A stretch of 64,000 bases of DNA from Dendrobates tinctorius (lineage: Eukaryota), in NCBI RefSeq assembly GCF_039654945.1, contig NW_027361788.1:21390001-21454000 (forward strand), given 5' to 3'. The position numbers were made by a program, and so were the translations under genes. A model generated the notes under the pieces. The model saw nothing but the letters and a program-made list of their open reading frames with translations. It had not been told where the DNA came from and made no database searches. Positions 27,801 to 39,600 of the stretch are shown here, one piece after another (position 1 is the stretch's first letter; each line of letters begins with the position of its first letter).

Positions 27801-30800
27801 ACATCAAAGTTCATAAATTGAAAATATAGAAATAAATAACATTTCACATCACCAAAATAGAAAAATTTGAATTTTTTGGGGCACTTTGCCTCTGAAAAAA
27901 AGGAATAAAATAAGATCAGAAAGTCGCATGGACCCCAATAAAAATGATGGGTCATACAAAAAAAAAAAAAACCCAAGTACTGATACATCGACCGCAAAAT
28001 AGAAAAGGTGATAGATCATGGAAGGTGAGAAGGATGCAGCGCGATGGAAGACGGGTCCACTTGGATTATGGCACCCATGTGCTGGCATACCCTGGCGCTG
28101 CTGAGTACCCAGCCAGATGCCAACCTGGACAACTTATTCGCAGACAGACTCTTCTGCAGAAACATTAAAAAAACATAAAAGTTCTATATTTCTAGAATAC
28201 AACAGTGGAAAAAAAATGCAAAGAAATCAGAAGAGTTGTCATCTGCCTCTTCCCAGCGACACCTAGAAATGTGCGCCGGTCAATGCCGCCATCTGGGCAC
28301 CACGTAGAACTGCCCACTCCTAACAGGTGGCACCCCCCTGCCCAGGTCCACAGCAGTCTGCCCTCCACCCTCCTGATGCGACAACTCACCGCATTATAAG
28401 AGGGAGTGAACAGAATTAGGAGGGAAAGCTGGGCACCAGAGGAAAGGTGCAGGAGGGACTGGAGGAGAATGCCCTCATGATGCAGGGGACAGGAGGAGAA
28501 TGCCCCCATGGTGCAGGGGACAGGAGGAGAATGCCCCCATGGTGCAGGGGGCAGGAGGAGAATGCCCCCATGGTGGAGGGGACAGGAGGAGAATGCCCCC
28601 ATGGTGCAGGGGACAGGAGGAGAATGCCCCCATGGTGCAGGGGACAGGAGGAGAATGCCCCCATGGAGCAGGGGACAGGAGGAGAATGCCCCCATGGTGC
28701 AGGGGGCAGGAGGAGAATGCCCCCATGGAGCAGGGGACAGGAGGAGAATGCCCCCATGGAGCAGGGGACAGGAGGAGAATGCCCCCATGGTGCAGGGGAC
28801 AGGAGGAGAATGCCCCCATGGAGCAGGGGACAGGAGGAGAATGCCCCCATGGTGCAGGGGGCAGGAGGAGAATGCCCCCATGGAGCAGGGGACAGGAGGA
28901 GAATGCCCCCATGGTGCAGGGGACAGGAGGAGAATGCCCCCATGGTGCAGGGGACAGGAGGAGAATGCCCTCATGGTGGAGGGGACAGGAGGAGAATGCC
29001 CCCATGGTGCAGGGGACAGGAGGAGAATGCCCCCATGGTGCAGGGGACAGGAGGAGAATGCCCCCATGGAGCAGGGGACAGGAGGAGAATGCCCCCATGG
29101 TGCAGGGGGCAGGAGGAGAATGCCCCCATGGAGCAGGGGACAGGAGGAGAATGCCCCCATGGAGCAGGGGACAGGAGGAGAATGCCCCCATGGTGCAGGG
29201 GACAGGAGGAGAATGCCCCCATGGAGCAGGGGACAGGAGGAGAATGCCCCCATGGTGCAGGGGGCAGGAGGAGAATGCCCCCATGGAGCAGGGGACAGGA
29301 GGAGAATGCCCCCATGGTGCAGGGGACAGGAGGAGAATGCCCCCATGGTGCAGGGGACAGGAGGAGAATGCCCCCATGGTGCAGGGGGCAGGAGGAGAAT
29401 GCCCCCATGGAGCAGGGGACAGGAGGAGAATGCCCCCATGGTGCAGGGGGCAGGAGGAGAATGCCCCCATGGTGGAGGGGACAGGAGCAGAATGCCCCCA
29501 TGGTGCAGGGGACAGGAGGAGAATGCCCCCATGGTGCAGGGGACAGGAGGAGAATGCCCCCATGGAGCAGGGGACAGGAGGAGAATGCCCCCATGGTGCA
29601 GGGGGCAGGAGGAGAATGCCCCCATGGAGCAGGGGACAGGAGGAGAATGCCCCCATGGTGCAGGGGGCAGGAGGAGAATGCCCCCATGGTGCAGGGGACA
29701 GGAGGAGAATGCCCCCATGGTGGAGGGGACAGGAGGAGAATGCCCCCATGGAGCAGGGGACAGGAGGAGAATGCCCCCATGGTGGAGGGGACAGGAGGAG
29801 AATGCCCCCATGGTGCAGGGGACAGGAGGAGAATGCCCCCATGGAGCAGGGGACAGGAGGAGAATGCCCCCATGGTGCAGGGGGCAGGAGGAGAATGCCC
29901 CCATGGTGGAGGGGACAGGAGGAGAATGCCCCCATGGTGCAGGGGACAGGAGGAGAATGCCCCCATGGTGCAGGGGACAGGAGGAGAATGCCCCCATGGA
30001 GCAGGGGACAGGAGGAGAATGCCCCCATGGTGCAGGGGGCAGGAGGAGAATGCCCCCATGGAGCAGGGGACAGGAGGAGAATGCCCCCATGGTGCAGGGG
30101 GCAGGAGGAGAATGCCCCCATGGTGCAGGGGACAGGAGGAGAATGCCCCCATGGTGGAGGGGACAGGAGGAGAATGCCCCCATGGAGCAGGGGACAGGAG
30201 GAGAATGCCCCCATGGTGCAGGGGGCAGGAGGAGAATGCCCCCATGGTGCAGGGGACAGGAGGAGAATGCCCCCATGGTGGAGGGGACAGGAGGAGAATG
30301 CCCCCATGGTGGAGGGGACAGGAGGAGAATGCCCCCATGGTGGAGGGAACAGGAGGAGAATGCCCCCATGGTGGAGGGGACAGGAGGAGAATGCCCCCAT
30401 GGTGGAGGGGACAGGAGGAGAATGCCCCCATGGTGGAGGGGACAGGAGGAGAATGCCCCCATGGTGCAGGGGACAGGAGGAGAATGCCCCCATGGTGGAG
30501 GGGACAGGAGGAGAATGCCCCCATGGTGCAGGGGACAGGAGGAGAATGCCCCCATGGTGGAGGGGACAGGAGGAGAATGCCCCCATGGTGCAGGGGACAG
30601 GAGGAGAATGCCCCCATGGTGGAGGGAACAGGAGGAGAATGCCCCCATGGTGGAGGGGACAGGAGGAGAATGCCCCCATGGTGGAGGGGACAGGAGGAGA
30701 ATGCCCCCATGGTGGAGGGGACAGGAGGAGAATGCCCCCATGGTGCAGGGGACAGGAGGAGAATGCCCCCATGGTGGAGGGAACAGGAGGAGAATGCCCC

Positions 30801-31186
30801 CATGGTGGAGGGAACAGGAGGAGAATGCCCCCATGGTGGAGGGGACAGGAGGAGAATGCCCCCATGGTGGAGGGGACAGGAGGAGAATGCCCCCATGGTG
30901 GAGGGGACAGGAGGAGAATGCCCCCATGGTGCAGGGGACAGGAGGAGAATGCCCCCATGGTGGAGGGGACAGGAGGAGAATGCCCCCATGGTGGAGGGGA
31001 CAGGAGGAGAATGCCCCCATGGTGCAGGGGACAGGAGGAGAATGCCCCCATGGTGCAGGGGACAGGGGCTGCCATGCTGCCAGCACTTACCGCCTCGGCT
31101 GCCAGGATCGCCCCCTTCCTGGTGCGGGCATAGGCTGAGACCAGGCTCATACAGCTGGCACTCTGCTCGGCTCCGGACTCCGACAT
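9853..31186 (-). CDS. PLP2: Proteolipid protein 2 (MARVEL domain), 5 coding exons, 152 aa
   Basis: Exons 31186-31091, 18047-17892, 15467-15372, 14741-14651, 9872-9853, all GT-AG, total 459 nt. Protein MSESGAEQ...RTRKGAILAAEAAICLVVLICYAAS...FIHWGWTDFLRAAIG...FAYDAFITFP...ESPDNI* aligns with recalled human PLP2; GPKOW neighbour fits synteny. Confidence 0.92.
10365..10661. repeat. CT-rich low-complexity tract
   Basis: ~300 bp almost pure pyrimidine on + strand. Confidence 0.85.
11400..12074. mobile_element. hAT-type MITE with nested Harbinger-like MITE fragments
   Basis: Ends CAGGGCTGTGGAGTCGG / ACTCGACAGCCCTG; degenerate 8-bp flanks TTGCTGAT / CTGCTGCT; insert at ~11438-11817. Confidence 0.6.
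12159..12541. mobile_element. CpG-rich Harbinger-like MITE, family A copy 1
   Basis: Ends AGGTACTGTCACACTTAGCGAT / ATCTCTTAGTGTGACAGGCCCT, TAA TSD; near-identical copies at 45663 and 52340. Confidence 0.85.
12800..13873. repeat. Minisatellite, 46-bp unit (GATCTAGTGCAGCTGTCTCTGACATCCCGGCTCCTCGCTCCTGCAC), ~23 copies, PLP2 intron 4
   Basis: Direct tandem periodicity; the ORF track repeats every 46 aa. Confidence 0.95.
13925..14269. mobile_element. Harbinger-like MITE (GGCTATGTGCCCA ends)
   Basis: TIRs plus TAA TSD; related inverted copy at 25261-25597. Confidence 0.75.
14651..14741 (-). CDS. PLP2: PLP2 exon 4
   Basis: CAG|VFGLLAGILFAYDAFITFPKLRKTHTQAAT+G|GTAAGT. Confidence 0.9.
15372..15467 (-). 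CDS. PLP2: PLP2 exon 3
   Basis: TAG|DFLRAAIGGGLFIILSLVCLIRGGDGPGIAGS|GTGAGT. Confidence 0.9.
15570..16610. mobile_element. Fragment of an abundant AT-rich non-autonomous DNA element (possibly piggyBac-like)
   Basis: Shares blocks (e.g. GTGTCGCCATTTTCCAAGAGCCGTAAC) in reverse orientation with 19970-20970 and 46600-47400; boundaries approximate. Confidence 0.5.
17290..17573. mobile_element. hAT (Charlie-like) MITE
   Basis: TIR CAGGGATGGGGAA / TTCCCCACCCCTG; perfect 8-bp TSD CTTTAAAG. Confidence 0.88.
17892..18047 (-). CDS. PLP2: PLP2 exon 2
   Basis: CAG|AICLVVLICYAASNTPGY...FIHWGWT|GTAAGT. Confidence 0.92.
18691..19000. mobile_element. Harbinger-like MITE (GGGTGTGTGCACACG ends)
   Basis: TIRs, TAA TSD; sister copy at 41485-41816. 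Confidence 0.8.
19970..20970. mobile_element. Second fragment of the AT-rich interspersed DNA element
   Basis: Similarity to 15570-16610 (inverted) and 46600-47400. Confidence 0.5.
21068..21761. mobile_element. Harbinger-like MITE interrupted by a SINE
   Basis: TIR GGGCAGTTTCACACGTC / GACGTGTGAAACTGCCC; TCA on both sides. Confidence 0.8.
21168..21422 (-). mobile_element. tRNA-derived V-SINE-like element
   Basis: Minus strand: GGGCAGCACGGTGGCTCAGTGGTTAGC (A box), GGCTCGAATCCC (B box), V-domain TGTTCTCCCCGTGTTTGCGTGGGTTTCCTCCGGG, (TAT)n tail. Confidence 0.85.
24889..25234. mobile_element. TTAA-flanked MITE (T2/Kolobok-like)
   Basis: TTAA-AAGGGTTATCCA...TGGACAACCCTT-TTAA with internal inverted arms; related elements near 7070-7430, 19053-19388 and 44654-45105. 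Confidence 0.65.
25261..25597. mobile_element. Harbinger-like MITE
   Basis: GGCTGTGTGCCCACG / CGTGTGCACATAGCC ends, TAA/TTA flanks. Confidence 0.75.
28447..31066. repeat. Minisatellite, 31-bp unit (GGTGCAGGGGACAGGAGGAGAATGCCCCCAT), ~84 copies, start of PLP2 intron 1
   Basis: Perfect 31-bp periodicity over 2.6 kb with a few variant types. Confidence 0.98.
31091..31186 (-). CDS. PLP2: PLP2 exon 1
   Basis: MSESGAEQSASCMSLVSAYARTRKGAILAAEA followed by GTAAGT. Confidence 0.9.
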
Positions 31187-31951
31187 GCTGGCACCCGGGC
31201 ACGGATGGAGCTGTGGGAGCCGTCACTGGGCGGGTACCGGGCACTCCCGGGGGCCGGCGCTGGGTGTGTGCAGAGTCCGGGGCTCCGTGTAAGGAGACGG
31301 AGGCTGCGCCTTCTGGCAGGAATCTCTGTGTGTTTATGGGCGAAAGCTTGCAGAATTTCTCTGTGCAACAAGTGTGAAGCGATCGTTACCCTGCAGCACA
31401 GGGGGCAAGGCAGGCACGGGAGGGGTTAATAGGGTGAGGGGCACAGGAGAGGGAGGGTACAGCCAGGCCGGGCTGTGAGGGGTTAACGGGCCATGCCAGT
31501 GAAGAATGGGGGGTCTGTGGCCATCAGCATGTGGGCGGAGGGCAGGAAGGGGTTACACTGGCGCAGAAGGGGTTACAACATATAGAAATGCAAATATGCT
31601 TTCAGACAAGTTTTTCTATTTTATTATTTTAGCTTAACCCCTTCTGTGCCAGCATCCTGTACTACATAGTCACGACTGATTAACCCTGTCCCTGCCGCTC
31701 GCCTCCTGCATGCACCTGGCCACACAACACCTTTTTTTGGGCCACTGCCTATTCTTCATAGGTGTGGCTTGTTAACCCCTTACATGCCAGCCTGATAGAG
31801 CTAAATGATATTCTGGGTTATTGGAATAGATTTCCATTAGTCCGACCTGATCGCCAGAGGCTACAGAATATGTATATCATTATCATTGATCCCTGATTAT
31901 GACACTCTCTGACCGGTCAGTTTTCATTGCTAAGAATGGATGATACATTAA

Positions 31952-32173
31952 GGCTATGTGCACATGCTGCCGATTCGTGTGTGAATTTTTCCGCACGGAA
32001 TCTGCAGAACCCGCAGGTCAGAATACCTGTATTTTTCCTGCGGATTGGGCCTGCGTTTTTACACCTGCGGATTTCTAGAATGGAATCTGCACAAAGAATA
32101 GTACATAGTACTGTACATCACTAGCGAAGATGCAGCGGATCCGCAGACGAATCCGCAACGTGTGCACATACCG
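31952..32173. mobile_element. Harbinger-like MITE
   Basis: GGCTATGTGCACA / TGTGCACATACCG ends, TAA flanks. Confidence 0.65.
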
Positions 32174-33687
32174 TAACGTTTCTTTAATCCAGCATCCGAT
32201 AATCTAGAAAGGCCGACACCCCAAGAAAGTAGTTTTGAGACTGAGCAAAGACAGAGAATTAAGTCCACGCGGGAAGGATAAACTGGTTTTGCGCCGGTAA
32301 TAACACGCAGCAGGTTACAACAGCCAGCAAATCTCGTCCACGCGCGGCATTTTTTCCGCACTGTTGCCGGCACGTTATTTTCTGTTGCAGACATTTGCTT
32401 TGTGTCCTACACATTTGAAAGAGATTACTTTAATGAAGATTAGAAACCTACAACTTTCTGCAATGTTTTTAGCCCTTTTTTTTTATAGCCAGGATCTGAA
32501 AATTACATTCTGTTGGTAAACTGGCAGCAGATTTCTGGCAGAAACAAAATCCATCATTTGTGGACACAACTTACGAAAACTGTCAATAAGATACAAAGTA
32601 ATAATAGGTTCTTTCTTCTTTTCTATTCACTTTTTTTTCTATACACTTTTCTGATAGTCCAGAACATTTGATAATCCGGCACATATTGGGTCCCACTGAT
32701 ACCAGATTAAAGAAATTTTCATATCCATAGTCTTCACCTGGTAAAAAATTTGGATTCGAGTATGCCCCCCTCTTGTTCTCCGCCCCTGGCTCGGTGACAC
32801 TTTACTGTAAAAATCGTCAGGTAATTGGGGAAAGGTCAGCGGTCGTCATCTGTAGGAATGTGGTGGGCGCTGTTGGGGGGCAGCGTCATTTAGACCTCTT
32901 CACCAGAGGATCCTTACACTAACCGCTCCCTATTACGTTGGCAACTGAAGCCAAAGTCTGACAAGTAGTAGCTTGTTGAAAGGTTCCATGGGAAAACATT
33001 ACAAGGCTCTTTTCTCCTCCCTCCGCCTTCCCTTGGGCATGATGCTAGTCCTGCAATCTGCACATAAACACAGCCATTTATAGATGGGGACGCGGAGAGA
33101 GAAGCGCCCTACAGGACAACGAGCAGTCCCATCATAGCTGAGCTCACCGCCAGATGAGGGTTGTAGGAATATTCACCCCACCATCCCACTATAGGGTTGA
33201 AGTTCCTTGCAATATTTGGTTTGTGTGGAGTACTGCTGTGCAGAGAAAATATTCAAGGGGACCGTGTGGTGTTACCTTCTTTCTCAGGATCAGCCGGTGT
33301 CCGAGAGGTCAAACGTTCAACCGATCAAAAATTGGTGGCCTATTCTAGTTTTAGGAGATGTGGCATCCATAATAGTGCAATAGATTCTTATCTATGTGTA
33401 CAGTATTGTTTCCCCAGTTTTATTTAGTACATTTGGGCATTTGTTACATTTTCTATCATTCCGAGATTACTGTGCTGGCTCAGTCCCAATCTATACAGCA
33501 AAGCTGCTAATATGCTGCAGAAAACAGGAAAGGTACTAAAGTTTTGATCAGTGGCATCCCACTTAATCAAAGCTGCAGAAACGCTCAGCATTGCTTGTAG
33601 ATCAGATAAGACGAGAGTTCAGCATAGCAGGAGGGGTTTAATAAAAATAATGAGTGAGCTACCAACCCATAGTGTAGATAACATTAA

Positions 33688-33857
33688 GGCCTCATTCACA
33701 CGTCAGTATTTTTGCATCAGTGTTTGTATACCAAAACCAGGAGTGGAACTTACAGAAAAAAACTATAACTGAAAGACTGACACATGTTCTCTGTTTTGGA
33801 GACACTCCTGGTCTTGGCATACAAATACTGATCAAATACTGACGTGTGAAGTAGGCC
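33688..33857. mobile_element. Short palindromic Harbinger-like MITE
   Basis: GGCCTCATTCACACGTCAGTATT / AATACTGACGTGTGAAGTAGGCC, TAA TSD. Confidence 0.75.
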
Positions 33858-34875
33858 TAAAGTGTTTTTTTGCCCCTGGATCCGTGTAGCCCCACAATGT
33901 AAGTGGCTCTGGAGCTGATGCCGTCAGCTCATGTCAGAAGACACTCCAAGACTTTCTGTGGAGCGCCTCTCCAGGCTTGGAGGAGAACACCACCAGAACT
34001 ACTACTCCTTCCTTTTATCAATGGGTGGTGACCCCCATCTATAAAAACTATGACTTGTGAAAACTTTTTTTTCTTTTACTCAAACTTAGGTCATTTTTCT
34101 GAATGATACACACTGTACATTGCAGTAGAAACAAAAAAAAATAGTTGTATTTTTAAAATGAGTTTTTTTTCCCCCTCTGCTGTAATGTGATCCTGGAATT
34201 CTGAGAGCACAGAAAAGTAAAAATAAACCTGGAATTTTAGCTGGGCCATTCCCAGCAGTCAGAAAGATATTACTGTCCCTTATGGAGACCATAGGAGATA
34301 TGTGTAGGGGCCTCAGACAGGCCGAATATTTTAGTTTAGACGTCTCTAGTAAACTTGTTATCTGCTGTATAATGAGCCGTTTATCGAAAGGGAAAGACAA
34401 ACTGAGGACAAACATGAGACGGGAACCTTCAGCGATGAGCGTTTTTTTTTTAATATATAAAGTCTGATGATCCACGGCGGATTATCAGACTGATAGAATT
34501 CTTTCTAAAAATAAAGGATATCACCATTAGTATAAAGGCAGTACAATGTCAGGGCCTGAATCCTCAAAATTCAGAGGTGACATTTTAATAAGCAATTCCC
34601 TCTGCTGCTTTGTATCAGACGCTCACTCACATGTTTACAGTTTCCTCCCATTGACCACAAGAGGAAATGGTAGAAACATAAGCTGGTGTAAATGGCACTC
34701 ATTAACAAGCTAGTAAAGCGGCAGGGTACAGGTGCCGGATGGCCCTCGTGGCCCCCTCCTTGTGGCCCTTTGCTCTATCTGTGTACAGTGTAATGATTTG
34801 CAATTGATTGTTTCGTTTTTTCGTCAGTGACTCTTCAGAAAACACTGTGTGACCAGAACAGAGCCCAAGTGTTTG

Positions 34876-35382
34876 CAGGGCCGGCCCGAGAGATTACGGC
34901 GCCCTAGGCGAAACTATTTTGTTGCGCCCCTACTATTCTTGGCAGTAGATGAAAACTTGGGATATAAATTTAGGAGCAAAATAAACCACAACAACAATGA
35001 TTAATTAACTCTCTCCTAACTCTTTAATCTTCTGAGAAGTTGTATAGGACAAATATATACAAAGTAATCAATAACACAAAACAAAAACGACCATAGGTAA
35101 TTAAAATTTTTGTTTCCTTGCCTTTTTTTTGAAAAGGATGACACTAAGTCACCGAGATTAATTTGTTTAGCAACTTCAGATTCTATCGAAATTGTTGCCA
35201 ACCCAACCAACCTCTCTTGTGTCATATTTGCCCTTAAATATGTACACTTTTCTTTCCATCCCTAAAACTTTTTGCCTTTTAAAAAGATTTTTTATAATTT
35301 TTTCTATTTTTTCTCTGGCACCCCCTTTGGGTCGGCGCCCTAGGCGGCCGCCTAGTTCGCCTATACGTTCGGGCCGGCCCTG
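34876..35382 (-). mobile_element. Internally deleted hAT (Tip100-like) transposon
   Basis: TIR CAGGGCCGGCCCGA; TSD AGTGTTTG/ACTGTTTG; retains hATC tail MTQERLVGLATISIESEVAKQINLGDLVSSF (35225-35110). Confidence 0.82.
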
Positions 35383-38300
35383 ACTGTTTGGCTTTAGTGT
35401 AAAGTACAGGTTAGTTTCCTTATCGTTACAGCTATAAAAACTGCAACTTTTTAGATACTTTTAAGTTTACTTTTTCTGGTAAATATTACTACCAACTGAC
35501 AACTGTGGAATATATTGCTACTGACATTTTTTTCACACCCAATTGAATGTTTGTTTCCCCCCAACGAAAAGTTCAAAGGTGATGCGATCTGAGCCTAACA
35601 TGTCTGTCCCCAGCCTAATGAACAGGAAAAATCATATTCTTGGCAGATACATTGCAATAAATGTCACTTTGCTGATCAGTATTTAGTATGCTTATTTATA
35701 TAGCGCTATCATAGTCCGTACCACCACAATACACCCCAACTTCTTTCTCCATCTTGTCCACACTTTTTACATCACAGTGCTCCAAAACCCAGATTTATGG
35801 AGCCCTTGGTCTGCACAGTCCCAGCAGGCCCTTCCTCTATTTCCATTTTTCCTCTTCGCCTTTTAAAAGCTGCAAACTTTTTTCATATTTTGGTTGATAG
35901 AGTTGATCAGAGCTTTCTTTTTTTGTGGTACGAACTGTAGATTTTATCATAAACATTTGGGGATCTATATAACTTCTTGATTTTGTTTTTATTCCATTTT
36001 TAAGGTCAATTAGCCGGAAAAAAAAAATTGATTCTATAATTTCACCGTTTTTTTTTTCTTCTTTTCTTTTTGGCATTCATTGTAGATTTATAAATAATGT
36101 GATACTTTATTAATTCGGACATTTTTTAGATTTTATTTCTGTTTTGGGAAAGGGGTGATATTAACTTATATATGTCTAAATCGCTGTGGAATTAATATAT
36201 GAGCGAGTAAAATAAATAAATATATAAGGTGGCAACTGGACAGGAGATATGTGTCACCAAGATGGTTAACCTCGGTGATGTGAGCCCAGAAGAGCAGTCT
36301 CCAGCACAGGTATTGTTGAGAGTTTTCTTCAGTGGACTCGTATTTTGGGTTTGGGTTATAGGAACAGGTACAAGAACTGGATGGGGCTGGCTGTTCCCAT
36401 ATATCCACCTCCAGGACTAAAAGGGCTATTTAAGGCAGTTAAGCTGCCTCAGTTACTGTTTGGGAGTAGACTTAAAGGCCGTGTTGAAGAAGGTGGTAGA
36501 GAAGGACAGCCAAGACTTGGACTGTCTTCTACCTTATCTGTTGTTGTACATCAGGGAAGTACCAGGAGCCTCTACAGGTTTCTCCTGTTTGAAATGTTGT
36601 ACAGTTGACACCTCGATGTAGCAAAGGAAGCTGAGACCACACCCTACAGAAGCGTGGTAGAGCATGTGGCAACACAGGATCGCTGATGTGATGCCCATTT
36701 TGAAAGAGCATCTCCTCAAAGCACAATCGGCACAGTCCAGGGTGTATAATACGTCGGCTTGAATGAGACAGTTAAACCCTGGGGATCAGGTAGGTACTTG
36801 TGCTGGAACAGACGGTGAAGAGCAAGTTCCTGACCAAGTGGCAGGGACTATATGAAGTCATGGAAAGGGTTGGTGAGGTCAACTCTAAAGTTCACCAACC
36901 AGGGAACAGACAGCCCTACCAGGTTTACCATATTAACTTGATCAAACCTTGTCAGGATAGGGAACTAGTGGCTTGGTGGCCAAGTCTGACGCCAACATGG
37001 AAGATGTCAAGGTGGCAGATATTTTGTTTTGTTCCTAAAAGTACCAAACAGACATGTATTCTCAGAGATACAAGGTCTCACTCAGGTCATAGAACATGAG
37101 GGTCTCACGGAGCCTCATGATCAAGTCAACCTGAAGCCTCATCAGATCCCAGAAGTCTTCTTGACAACAGACTGATGTTAGCATTACGTCAGGATGCCTT
37201 TTTGTGTTGCACGTGGCTCCAGCCACATTTTAGAGGGCCATGAATTGGGTCCAATACCCCCTCACAAAAAGTATGCAGCAGCCGACCTGGATGACATTGT
37301 AATATTCAGCTGGGATTGGGGGAGTCAACTGAGCAAAGTCCATGTGATACTTGATGCTCTACAGAAGGTGGGATTTGCCATCAACCCGAAAAAATGTGCC
37401 ATGGGGATGAAGGAAGCCAAGTACTTTCCCTATGTTGTAGGCAGGGGACAGATCAAACCGCAGAAAAATAAGGTTGTGCCGGACTGGGACTCAAACTCAG
37501 CCCTGCCATTTTCAAGAACACATGCCCACTTCTTGTAAGTTCTGTAATTTTTCTCTCTAGATAGTCTAACTATTGGTCTGCAGCGTACAATGATTTGTGG
37601 GTTGTACTGCGGACCTGTATAGCCTATAGGAAACAGCAGGAACGCGGGATGCAATAACGGACTAGAGGCAGAGCAAGGGTTAAAGGGGGTTTAATAATAC
37701 AGAGGATACACCACCCAGGGAGAAGTGAGGGAAAAGGCCTACTTCGGCAGGGATATTATAACTAGGGAGAAAACAGTTTTAGGCAAATAAGGCAAGAAAT
37801 TAAGAAGTGTTAAACTTATCAAACCAGCAACTTCCGCAGTTGGAGTCCTGGGTGTAAACATTGGTGCCAAGGACGTGGTGCATATGGGGTCCGGCGTGGT
37901 CTTGGAGAAGGTGGCGTCCTGGATCCTGTTGACGGCGGTGATTCCTCGTGGTCCTGGGGATGGTCTTGGGCCCGGAAGATGAGGGAACGGAGAGGATAAA
38001 GTCTCTATCCAGGGTAGTGTTAGTCACTGCACGGCAAATATATACGGACTTATCAAGGCACAGTTCAAAACGGGGCATCTGGCTTTCCTGCCGGTACGGG
38101 TGCATGTCTACGCTCCTCCCACGGGCCTTATGACTCACTGTCAGATCTGTCAGCGACGTCAATGGTGTCAGCGGTAACAGCGGAGTCGGCGGACACGATG
38201 CAAGTGTCTCTGGTAGTGATGCTGCTGCCCTTCAGGCATGGGACTGCTCCGACGCGATGCTCTGAAGTCAGAGCATTCACACTGTCCAGCTGTGCGCTCC

Positions 38301-39600
38301 TGCCACGTCTGACCTGTTTCCCACACGTTGCTGCCTTTTTAGCTTAGTTACGCCCCCTATCGCCGGGTGCAAAAGACGGTCCGGGGCCTTTACCTTTCCA
38401 CCATGCAACAGATATGACAGCCCCGACAGTTCCGGATCCTTTCAGTTCTCCCACCCACCTTCCAACACCCTTTCCTATCCAGCAGAGATGAGATCATCCT
38501 CCTTTAGGGTCCATTCAGGGTGCCCTGCTGCTATAAGTGAGTGTTGGATGTAGGTGTACGAGTGTGGTCAGGTGCCTCCACCTTACCTGGGAAATGGGAT
38601 ACCACATCTCTGGGTGATGTACAGTACCTCTGTGGCGACTGAACCCTCAGGGGCGCCACACATATAGCATATTTGCAGTCACATGACTGCTCGGTCTCAC
38701 CGCCAGCACTGGAGAATCCTTACAGTGTACTGTGTTCAATGTGAGGATTCACAAGTCTGCAATCACATAGAGTGACTGCAGGCTTGCATTAAAAACCTGG
38801 ACAACTCCTTTACTGGCCTGGATCAACCTATCTAAAGAGGCCAAGGCACTAAGCTCGGAACAGGTCCAGTCAAGCACCTCTCCACCCGTTGCTTCAAAGA
38901 ACACCTCTTAACATACCCCCTACCATGCGCTGTTTAGGACTGCCACTGTCCGCTCCAAAAATAAAAGCCCATGCTGGGTTTTCCTGAACATTTCCTTGGC
39001 CAAATAACTTGACCAGGTCCACACTTACTTTTACTTTGCCTTGTGACTCACAGGCATCCTGCTGTGACCACAAGGCACTCCAGCGGGTCTAACAGGACTC
39101 CGTCCGCATCCTGGGGGATACACATCGACCCTCGCAGATGATGCCCCTCACTGCCACAAAATATGTTTTTTACTTTGCTGCCTGTATATTAGACTCACAG
39201 CTCCGCTGTCCCTATACACAGTCCCACTATCTGCTTCTTATACAGGCAGACGTGCCTTACTGCTAACGCCACATTGGTCGCACGTAGCTCTGCTATGCAC
39301 AGCTTACACACACTTCTGCTTCCTATACAGTTTTTTAGTGTACAGATCGCCAGCACAGCTCTGCTTAATGTATTCCAAGTTTTGCGAACAAAGGTTCATG
39401 CATGTAATAACTACACAGCAGAGGTAAGATTGCTTCAGGCAGACATTAGAATATTGCACACACAGCTCTGTGCGCTGCGCTGAACACTGGTTGTGGTTGT
39501 GACACAATAAATGCTGCAGCTCTGATTTCTCTCCCTCTCCAATCAGGAGCATTGAAAACAGAAGACTGATGGAGCGGCATGGACAGCAGCTTGTGTACAT

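Noticed and set aside
28192-31377. Six ORFs of 750-980 aa
   Set aside because: Translations of a 31-bp tandem unit with no stop in any frame; only 31091-31186 is supported coding sequence
37476-38660. Possible second LTR nested in the Gmr1-type element (minus-strand start TGTGGCGCCCC)
   Set aside because: Only one convincing terminus, and no TSD or partner LTR visible
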